33,940 nt of DNA from Armatimonadota bacterium (GTDB lineage Bacteria; Armatimonadota; Zipacnadia; Zipacnadales; UBA5352). Position 1 is the stretch's first letter; the number at the start of each line of letters is the position of its first letter. The stretch covers positions 1 through 33,940 of the forward strand of contig JBNGDZ010000005.1 in the NCBI GenBank assembly GCA_049975765.1, read 5' to 3'. The notes beneath the pieces were generated by a model, which was not told where the DNA came from, did no database searches, and was given only the letters and a program-made list of their open reading frames with translations. Positions 8,026-14,643 of the stretch are shown here, piece after piece. The translations under genes and the position numbers were made by a program.

Positions 8026-8474
8026 GCCGTCCGAGCCGACCGCGGTGGGCCGACAGGCCGCCACAGATGCGCCCCCTCCTACGCGAGGGCAATCGCCCTC
8101 ACGGGCGGGGCCGTGGACGCGGGGACAGACGCGTCAGCGTCTCTGGGTGAGGGCCGGCTTGGGAAAGCCGCGGCCCTCCTGCGGCGGGGCGTGTTTCATC
8201 ACCCGCTTCGCTGTCGGGCTGGAAGCCCGACCTGAGCGAAGGGAGTGCCAGGCCCTATCCCCTCCCCGGGACGGGGGGGGATGCGACCGCGCAGCCGTCG
8301 CGGGGGGATCTTGCGAGTCGTTGCCGTTGTGACGCCACCCTGCCGGCGCAGCGCCGGAAAACAGGCCGCCCCTTCCTCACCTCCCTCCGATGCAGAGATG
8401 GGAGGAGCCACGCTGGGTTCCGTCGAAGACTACGATAGACGATAGTAGAGCCTGACTGCGGGAAGTGGTCGGCC
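8026..8474 (+). other. 449-nt non-coding, hairpin-dense GC-rich spacer. Candidate structured RNA, long 5' leader or terminator cluster.
   Basis: Stem-loops at 8085-8100 (GAGGGC/AATC/GCCCTC), 8127-8142 (AGACGC/GTCA/GCGTCT) and 8151-8176 (10 bp, GGGA tetraloop). Further stem-loops at 8206-8241 (CTTCGCT+GTCGGGC / TGGAA / GCCCGAC+ctg+AGCGAAG, 14 bp) and 8339-8365. ORFs here lack the codon-3 G/C bias of neighbouring genes. Confidence 0.35.
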
Positions 8475-9476
8475 ATGAAGCGCATCTTAGTGATGATCGC
8501 CGCCATGCTCGTGTGTATCGCCGCCGTCGCTCAGCCTCTGGAGACCCCGCAGACCGAGCCAGGCCCGCCGGCTATGGCCGTGCCGGTGGTGGCCGTGATG
8601 CCCTTCGAGGACGGCTCGCTGCGGGCCGACTGGAGCTGGCGCTGGCGCGGCGCCAGCTATCGCGCGGGCGCCGGCATCGCGGACATGGTCGCGAACGAGC
8701 TGGCCTTTGAGGCCGATCGCCGCCGGACCTTTCGCCTCGTTGAGCGGCAGCGCCTGTTCGAGGTGCTCGAGGAGCAGGACCTGGGGCGGGAGGGCCGCAT
8801 CGACCCGCGCACGGCCGCCCGCATCGGCCGCATCCTCGGCGCGGATCTGCTGGTCATGGGCGCGGTAACTCGACTGGATGTGGATGAGGACTGGATCGGC
8901 CTCCCGTGGCGCATGGGCTTCGAGGCCGAGCGCTGGGAGGCCGTCGCGGTCTTCGACGGCCGCCTCGTGGACAGCGAGACGGCCCAGATCGTGGGCGACG
9001 CCATGGGCCGCGGCAAGCAGACGCGTCTGGGCGGGCGGATCTTCCGCGGCGATCTGGGGGGCCTGGACATCGGCGGGCGGCACTTCCAGGAATCGCTTCT
9101 GGGCCGGGCCGCGCGCGAGGCGGCCCGGAGCTTCGCCCGGGAGGTGGCGATGCAGCTCGACCGCATGGTCGGAGCCACCTGTGACTGGCTGGCGGAGGCC
9201 GACGCGCTGGTGGTGTACGTCGAGGACGGGCGCGTCATGCTCAACCGCGGAGGCCGCGACGGCGTGCGCCCCGGCGAGGTCTACACGATCCGCCGGCTCC
9301 GCGAGGAGGTCCACGACCCTATCACCGGCGAGCTGCTCACGACCCTCTACGACGAGATCGGGGTGCTGACGATCCGGGAGGTCGAGGAGAAGGTCGCCAT
9401 CGGCGAGATCGTCCCCGCCCCCGATGCCCCTGGGCCGCCCCGAGTCGGCGACATGGCCATCCGCCTGCGACGGTAG
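8475..9476 (+). CDS. Exported CsgG-family-like protein with an extra C-terminal beta-rich domain.
   Basis: Signal peptide MKRILVMIAAMLVCIAAVA/QP. The segment VAVMPFEDGS...GIADMVANEL...FRLVERQRLFEVLEEQDLGREGRIDPRTAARIGRILGADLLVMGAVT matches the CsgG/LpoB-type N-terminal signature as I recall it. The SD is weak (GGGAAG). Confidence 0.6.
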   Translation: MKRILVMIAAMLVCIAAVAQPLETPQTEPGPPAMAVPVVAVMPFEDGSLRADWSWRWRGASYRAGAGIADMVANELAFEADRRRTFRLVERQRLFEVLEEQDLGREGRIDPRTAARIGRILGADLLVMGAVTRLDVDEDWIGLPWRMGFEAERWEAVAVFDGRLVDSETAQIVGDAMGRGKQTRLGGRIFRGDLGGLDIGGRHFQESLLGRAAREAARSFAREVAMQLDRMVGATCDWLAEADALVVYVEDGRVMLNRGGRDGVRPGEVYTIRRLREEVHDPITGELLTTLYDEIGVLTIREVEEKVAIGEIVPAPDAPGPPRVGDMAIRLRR

Positions 9477-9482
9477 CAGGCG

Positions 9483-10409
9483 TCAGTCCGGCAGCGTCAA
9501 CAGCAGCGGTCCCTCCTCGGTCCGCGCCACGCTGGCGTCAGCGCTCACGATGCCGCCCACGTTTCGAATCTCCTGGCGGTGCCGGTGGCCGTAGATGACC
9601 AGCGCCATCTTCTTGGCTCCCGCGAGCACCTCGCCCAGCAGCGGGCTGCCCAGGTAGGCCCGAGCAAAGGCCCTCGAGGGCGCATCGGACGGCGTCTGTG
9701 CCAGCTCCGCGAAGGGCACAAAGTGCGTTACCCCCACCAGCCGGCTCACAGAGTCCGCGACGGCCGCGATCTGCTCGCGCAGCAGGTCCGCGAAGTACTC
9801 CGCCATCTCCCCGTCGGGCCGCTCCCAGTCCAGGTGCAGCGCGTCGTTCCACACCGCCACCTGCGGCGGACCGTCGGTCTGCCAGATGAGCCCGTTGGCC
9901 GCGTAGTCCTGGGCCTCCAGACCCTCCCATTCGACCTCCTCCGCGCCGGGAACCGCGCTGAAGTTGGGGCCGGCATTCTCCCCCGGGGCCACGCTGATAG
10001 GCGTCACGGTCAGGCCTTCGCGGGGGCTGGTCCGCTGGCGCATGGCGTAGTCGTACCAGCCGATGCACCCCACAAAGCCCGTTCCATCCAGCACCAGCGG
10101 CCCATGATCCAGGCAGTGGAAGCCCTGCTCGGCGGCGATGGCGGGAACGCGCTCGCGGTAGATGCGCCAGGTCTCGAAGGGCGCCTGCTCCTCCCAGAGA
10201 TCGTGGTTGCCGGGGACCATCAGCCGCGGGCCGGGGAAGTCCGCGAACAGGCTCAGCGCCTCGCCCAGAGAGCGCCAGCCGTCCGCAGCGCAGTCGCCCG
10301 CGACGACCAGGACATCGGCCTTAGCTGTGCAGGCCGTCTCGGCGACCGCCTCCATGCGAGGCCGGGTGTCCGGGTTCAGGTGCAGGTCGGCAAGGGCGAC
10401 GATCCTCAT
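9483..10409 (-). CDS. Calcineurin-like metallophosphoesterase (no signal peptide).
   Basis: Motifs ALADLHLNP, VVAGDCAADG, VPGNHDLWEE and IYGHRHRQ. The start overlaps the upstream stop (ATGA, 10406-10409). Confidence 0.85.
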   Translation of the reverse strand: MRIVALADLHLNPDTRPRMEAVAETACTAKADVLVVAGDCAADGWRSLGEALSLFADFPGPRLMVPGNHDLWEEQAPFETWRIYRERVPAIAAEQGFHCLDHGPLVLDGTGFVGCIGWYDYAMRQRTSPREGLTVTPISVAPGENAGPNFSAVPGAEEVEWEGLEAQDYAANGLIWQTDGPPQVAVWNDALHLDWERPDGEMAEYFADLLREQIAAVADSVSRLVGVTHFVPFAELAQTPSDAPSRAFARAYLGSPLLGEVLAGAKKMALVIYGHRHRQEIRNVGGIVSADASVARTEEGPLLLTLPD

Positions 10410-11284
10410 CGTGCCTCTCCGCCCGCCATCAGCGCCGCCGCGCGCTCGCGCGCCGTCTCCTGCCAGCCCTCAGGCGGGGCGCGGAAGCAGTTCACGACGA
10501 CCTCCGCCTCCACGCTTCTCCCCTCGGGCCACGGCTCCTCGTCGAGGACGAGCCTGGTGTAGAGCCTGTGGTCGCGCCGCCGGTCCCAGTAGCCGGTGAG
10601 CATCTGCGCGTTCTCGGGGCGGCGTGTGATGCGCATGAGAAGGCCGGTGCGCTCGCCCGGAATGCACGCCGCCGTCCACTCCCAGTCCTCATGCCACTGC
10701 AGCTCATCCGAGCCCTCCAACACCCCGGATCGCTCCTCGCCATCGGTGGTGACGGCCATCCACTCCGTGGCCTCCGCGCTCACGCAGTGCACAAACGGGT
10801 AGAGCGCTGTCACGACCACGTCCTCGGTGGCGGTGAGCTCGTGGTGCTCGATGATGCTGTCGGGCTCGAAGATCAGCGTGGCGTCGAGCTGCAGCTTGTC
10901 GAGCATCGAGCGCTTCACCAGCACCGCGCGCTCACAGGCATACACCATCCCGTCCTCCAGCTCCACCGGCTCACCGTCAGCACTCAGCGCGACATCCACC
11001 ACCCGCTCCACCCCGCCGGCCGAATGCGCGCTACCCACCCACCCCCCGGCTGCGGGCACGCATGCCACCGCGCCGTAGGCCCCGGTGCGCGTTGCGATCT
11101 CGACGCCCTCGAACATGATCCGCTGCAGGCTCCAGGCATGCGCCCGCTGCAGCTCCGCGGTCAGTCTCCCGCACTTGATCGTCACCACGCCCGGCTCCGG
11201 GCGGTCGTCACCGCTGCAGCGAGCGACGATGGCAAGCACCGTCAGCGCCGCAGCGGCGACCACGCCTCGAGCACGCGGCGTCAT
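10406..11284 (-). CDS. Exported hypothetical protein (292 aa), beta-rich.
   Basis: N-terminal signal MTPRARGVVAAAALTVLAIVA/RCSG. ATGA overlaps at both ends (10406-10409 and 11281-11284). Strong codon-3 G/C bias. Confidence 0.7.
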   Translation of the reverse strand: MTPRARGVVAAAALTVLAIVARCSGDDRPEPGVVTIKCGRLTAELQRAHAWSLQRIMFEGVEIATRTGAYGAVACVPAAGGWVGSAHSAGGVERVVDVALSADGEPVELEDGMVYACERAVLVKRSMLDKLQLDATLIFEPDSIIEHHELTATEDVVVTALYPFVHCVSAEATEWMAVTTDGEERSGVLEGSDELQWHEDWEWTAACIPGERTGLLMRITRRPENAQMLTGYWDRRRDHRLYTRLVLDEEPWPEGRSVEAEVVVNCFRAPPEGWQETARERAAALMAGGEAR

Positions 11285-12255
11285 TGTCCTCCGAGCCTCA
11301 CGAGCGTCCCCACCGCCTGCCTGGCCCAGCCTACGACCGTCGCGATCAGGCCAGTCGGCCGGCGCTCGCGTGCGGCCCGGTCGTCGTCCCCGCTCTCCGG
11401 CGCTACCGGCTCCTCCACCTCCGGCTCCGTGGCCTCCTCCGCCTCGGGCTCCATGGGCGCGACGCTGAAGCTGCTCACCACGGTCAGGGGCAGATCGCCG
11501 ATCCCGCCCACCGCCGCCATGCAGTTGAAGCTCATGCTCCCCTCCGCCGACGTCGGCAGCCCGGACGCGGGGTCAATCCCCCGCCGCATCCCCTCCACCG
11601 TCATCAGCCCATCGCTGATGGTCACCTCATTGTCCTGCAGGGGGTTCTTGGCGGTGAAGTCCGGGAAGCTGGCCTGCACGTCGGTGACGAACGCCGCCTG
11701 ATCGGCGGTCAGGCTCTCGAGCCTTGAGGTCGCGCGCACCCCCACGTCGCCGAACTCCGCGACCGTCCGGCTGCGGTGGATCTCCCACGCTTCGCCCAGG
11801 ATCACAGGCTCTTCGGGCAGCTCCACGACTCCGGCGAGGAGCACGATGAGATGGATCGGGACCCCGCCGGTGGCGAACAGATCCACGTCACCGCCGCCCG
11901 TCGCCTCCACAACACACCCCTGTGGGTCCACGCGCAGCTCAACCGGCTCAGGCGTGCTCGGCTCTTGCCCCTCCCCCATGAGCTGAGAGGTGATGGGCGA
12001 GAACGTCGCCCGCAGTCTGGCGCTTCCCTCCTGGTCCACGGAGACGACCGCCACCGTCATATCGGCCTCGGCCGAGCCGGTCACGGCCAGCGGCACTCCG
12101 CCCCCCATCTGGACCCGGTCGATGCGCGCCGAGATGTGTGTTTGCACGCTGTCGCCGGGCTCGAACTGATAGCGGAGCCCAAGCTCCAGGCCTGCAGCGG
12201 CCAGCCCCCCCTGTAGCATCATCAGTCCTGCAATCAGACAACGCGTCGCCTTCAT
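11281..12255 (-). CDS. Exported hypothetical protein (324 aa) with an acidic Pro/Glu linker and a short hydrophobic C-terminal tail.
   Basis: I prefer ATG 12255 (MKATRCLIAGLMMLQGGLAAAG signal) with GGGAGG 6 nt upstream. The track start at 12351 adds a non-signal extension. The C-terminus is ...EPEAEEATEPEVEEPVAPESGDDDRAARERRPTGLIATVVGWARQAVGTLVRLGGQ. Confidence 0.65.
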   Translation of the reverse strand: MKATRCLIAGLMMLQGGLAAAGLELGLRYQFEPGDSVQTHISARIDRVQMGGGVPLAVTGSAEADMTVAVVSVDQEGSARLRATFSPITSQLMGEGQEPSTPEPVELRVDPQGCVVEATGGGDVDLFATGGVPIHLIVLLAGVVELPEEPVILGEAWEIHRSRTVAEFGDVGVRATSRLESLTADQAAFVTDVQASFPDFTAKNPLQDNEVTISDGLMTVEGMRRGIDPASGLPTSAEGSMSFNCMAAVGGIGDLPLTVVSSFSVAPMEPEAEEATEPEVEEPVAPESGDDDRAARERRPTGLIATVVGWARQAVGTLVRLGGQ

Positions 12256-12402
12256 CCGGGGCCTCCCGTGAGAATGCGCCTTCTCCATCAGGGCTATAGA
12301 CGCTTGCTGCGCGGCGGTGTTTCGCGCCGGTCCGGGCAGGAATAGTGGCACGCCGCGCGAAATGGCCTGCGCCGCGGACCGCTCTGTTTAGGGGGCGCCG
12401 CC

Positions 12403-12903
12403 GTGCTTGGGGCAATCTTTGCGACGCCGGAAATGGGTCCAATCGACCGTCCGCACCTGGAGCGGCTGCGGTCGGCCCTGCAGCCACACGTGGAGCGCAT
12501 CATCCTCTACGGCGACGGCGGTGGCCAGAAGCTGCAGCGGCGCGAGCTGCCGCAGGGCGGCCTGCTGGGGGCGGTGGCCGCGGTGCTGGCGGACGCGGCT
12601 GAGGATCATGCCATCGTGCTGGCGGCCGACCTGATGCATCCGTCGGCTGAGCTGCTGCGTTACATGATCCAGGTGCGCGGCGGTCACGAGGCGATCGTGC
12701 CGGAGAGAAGGGACGGGCGGCTCCAGCCGCTGCTGGCGCTGTATCATGCGCGCTGCAGCCGACGTGCCGAGGGGCTCGTGGCGGCCGGCCAGCAGGCCCT
12801 CGACGCCCTGCTCGAGATCGTCGATGTGCGCCGGGTGACCGCCGACGAGGTGGCCAAGTTCGGCGACCCCGGCAGCCTTCTGGCCAGGGCCTCGGAGGCT
12901 TAG
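12403..12903 (+). CDS. MobA-like nucleotidyltransferase (molybdenum cofactor guanylyltransferase family) with a degenerate N-terminal motif.
   Basis: GTG 12403 with AGGGGG 7 nt upstream. MobA-like blocks: GGLLGAVAAVL, IVLAADLMHPSAELL and AIVPERRDGRLQPLLALY. The canonical LAGG..RMG loop reads LGAIFATPEMG. Confidence 0.5.
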   Translation: MLGAIFATPEMGPIDRPHLERLRSALQPHVERIILYGDGGGQKLQRRELPQGGLLGAVAAVLADAAEDHAIVLAADLMHPSAELLRYMIQVRGGHEAIVPERRDGRLQPLLALYHARCSRRAEGLVAAGQQALDALLEIVDVRRVTADEVAKFGDPGSLLARASEA

Positions 12904-13388
12904 AGCTTCATGTAGTACTCCACATGTGGTCGGACCTGCTCGAAGCCCACCTTCTCATAGGCCCTCCTGGCCGGCGCGTGCGAGGGGTCGAGGCCGGTGT
13001 GCACCGTGGCGTAGACCATGCCCGCCTGTCGCATCCGGCGCAGGCACTCCTCGTACTGAGCGGTCCCCAGGCCCCGCCCCTGTGCCCCGGGATCGATGGC
13101 ATTGTTGCCGATCACCCCCACGCCGTTGTCGGGCAGCCTCAGGGTGCAGAAGCCGACCACTCGCCCATCCACCTCCGTCACGAACGCCTCATCCGGGCGC
13201 TCTCGGAAGTGCCGCTCGACGGAGTCGGCCTTCTGCTTCAGCGGCTCCCCGGGCTGCTCTCGGCGCCACAGGTCCTCGCCCATGCGCTCGCGGAAGTACT
13301 CGTAGATAGGCGCCCACGCCTCCATGGCGATCCGCCTGATCTCGGGGATGTCCTCCTCGCGGGCCTCGCGGAAGATCGGGTCTGACAT
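12900..13388 (-). CDS. GNAT-family N-acetyltransferase.
   Basis: I prefer ATG 13388 (MSDPIFREAREEDIPEI...). Acetyl-CoA motif IDPGAQGRGLGTAQYEECL and C-terminal ARRAYEKVGF. The track start at 13568 would add 60 Arg/Pro-rich residues and run through the hairpin at 13469-13491. Confidence 0.8.
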   Translation of the reverse strand: MSDPIFREAREEDIPEIRRIAMEAWAPIYEYFRERMGEDLWRREQPGEPLKQKADSVERHFRERPDEAFVTEVDGRVVGFCTLRLPDNGVGVIGNNAIDPGAQGRGLGTAQYEECLRRMRQAGMVYATVHTGLDPSHAPARRAYEKVGFEQVRPHVEYYMKL

Positions 13389-13468
13389 TGCTTCAGCGGC
13401 CCTCCATCCACCTCGGCGTGATACAGAGCGGCCGGGAGGTCCAGGTCGCTCCCGTGCACATGCGAAGA

Positions 13469-13491
13469 GGAACCGGACGGAATCCGGTTCC
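13469..13491 (-). terminator. Stem-loop downstream of the protease/lipoprotein gene string. Candidate intrinsic terminator.
   Basis: GGAACCGGA / CGGAA / TCCGGTTCC, a perfect 9-bp stem, 49 nt after the stop at 13540. On the minus strand it is followed by TCTTCG (a weak U-tract). Confidence 0.45.
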
Positions 13492-13539
13492 CCATGACAT
13501 CCCTGACGTCTCCGCGTGGGCCATCCGCCCGCTGCCGAC

Positions 13540-14595
13540 CTACAGGCCGGGAGTTGGCGGGGGTTCATCGATGCCCTGGACGGTGAAGTCCACGAACTCC
13601 GACGTGCTGGTGACGCCCGTGCGATCGCGCACCATCAGACGCGCGCTGTAGTTCTCAGGCGCCTGCACGCCGTCGGCCGAGGGCTGATTGTCGTTGGCCG
13701 GCGCCTGGAATGTGGCGTTGTAGCTGGCCTCCAGATAGCAGTTAACCAGCCCCGGGCAGGTCACTGCCGTGTCCGGGTTGCTCACCTGCATGTCCAGCTC
13801 GATGATCCTGTCGCCGGGGGCGAAGATCTCTACCCGGGCATCCTGGATCCGCACGCCGTCACCGTCGGCGATCGAGGCCGAGACGTAGACCTCGCCGCCT
13901 GTGGCGGGCAGAGTGCGTGGGTTGAGCTTGAAGCTGTTGATCTGCGGCGGGCGTGGGGACACCACGACCACGGTCGATGTGCGAGTGGCGTTCCCGGAAA
14001 AGGCCTTCACCTGGCCCGAACCGACGCTCTGCGCGGTGAAGACCCCCTTCGGGCTCATGCTCCCGATCCCACCCGTGACCACCCAGGTCGGCTCCAGGCT
14101 GTCGAGCGCCTTGTTCTTGGCGTCAACGAGCTGGGTGCGGTAGGTAATCTGCCCGTTGAGATCGATGGTCGCCGAGCTCGGGTCGAGCAGAATCTGTTCG
14201 GGCACCGCCATGTCCAGCGGCAGGACCGCGAAGTGGACAGTGGTGGTCTCGCCCTCGATGAGCGGCACGTCTGCCCGAGCCGTACCGTAGTCCTCAGAGC
14301 GCGGCGTTGTAACCTGCACTGACCAGGTGCCGGCCGGGAGACTCTGTATCTTGTAGGAGCCGCCCGCGCCGCTGAGGCCGCTGCGATCGGCTCCCAAGAC
14401 GGAGATGACCGCGTCGGGAATCCCCAGGGTGGGGTCGCTGGCGGCGACCACCTTCCCCTCCAGGGTGGCGGTTCCCGTCCCGGGCCCCGGCGGGGCGGGC
14501 CCACCATCGCCGTCGCCGCCACAGCCGAAACCGAGGATCGCTACTGCGATGATGACCAGGCCCAACAACCAGCCCAGCGCCCATCTGTCACGCAT
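13540..14595 (-). CDS. Probable lipoprotein with a carboxypeptidase-regulatory-like domain and bacterial Ig-like (Big_2-type) domains.
   Basis: ATG 14595 with GGAG 6 nt upstream. Signal with Cys: LLGLVIIAVAILGFGCGGDG. LEGKVV...GIPDAVISVLG...GGSYKIQSLPAGTW is CarboxypepD_reg-like. ITYRTQLVDAKNKALDSLEPTWVVTGGIGSMSPKGVFTA is Big_2-like. Confidence 0.7.
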   Translation of the reverse strand: MRDRWALGWLLGLVIIAVAILGFGCGGDGDGGPAPPGPGTGTATLEGKVVAASDPTLGIPDAVISVLGADRSGLSGAGGSYKIQSLPAGTWSVQVTTPRSEDYGTARADVPLIEGETTTVHFAVLPLDMAVPEQILLDPSSATIDLNGQITYRTQLVDAKNKALDSLEPTWVVTGGIGSMSPKGVFTAQSVGSGQVKAFSGNATRTSTVVVVSPRPPQINSFKLNPRTLPATGGEVYVSASIADGDGVRIQDARVEIFAPGDRIIELDMQVSNPDTAVTCPGLVNCYLEASYNATFQAPANDNQPSADGVQAPENYSARLMVRDRTGVTSTSEFVDFTVQGIDEPPPTPGL

Positions 14596-14643
14596 GATCT
14601 ACTCCGCCCCTTTGCGGGGTGATGTGAGTGCTATTGCCGGGCA

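Noticed and set aside
8268-8307. Long G-runs (8 G and 6 G) as a possible G-quadruplex.
   Set aside because: I could not assemble four G3 tracts with loops of 7 nt or less. Only three closely spaced tracts are present.
8245-8445. 66-aa ORF (and the antisense ORF 8255..8506) inside the 449-nt spacer.
   Set aside because: No SD. About one third of codons end in A/T, unlike real genes here. The translations are Pro/Arg/Gly-rich with no features.
9561-9573. GTTTCGAATCTCC, resembling a tRNA T-arm.
   Set aside because: It lies inside the metallophosphoesterase CDS (encoding ...EIRNV...). No acceptor or anticodon stems can be drawn around it.
9579-11701. Long plus-strand ORFs 9579..10562 and 10568..11701.
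   Set aside because: They are antisense to the ATGA-coupled minus-strand operon and give low-complexity Arg/Pro/Gly/His-rich translations.
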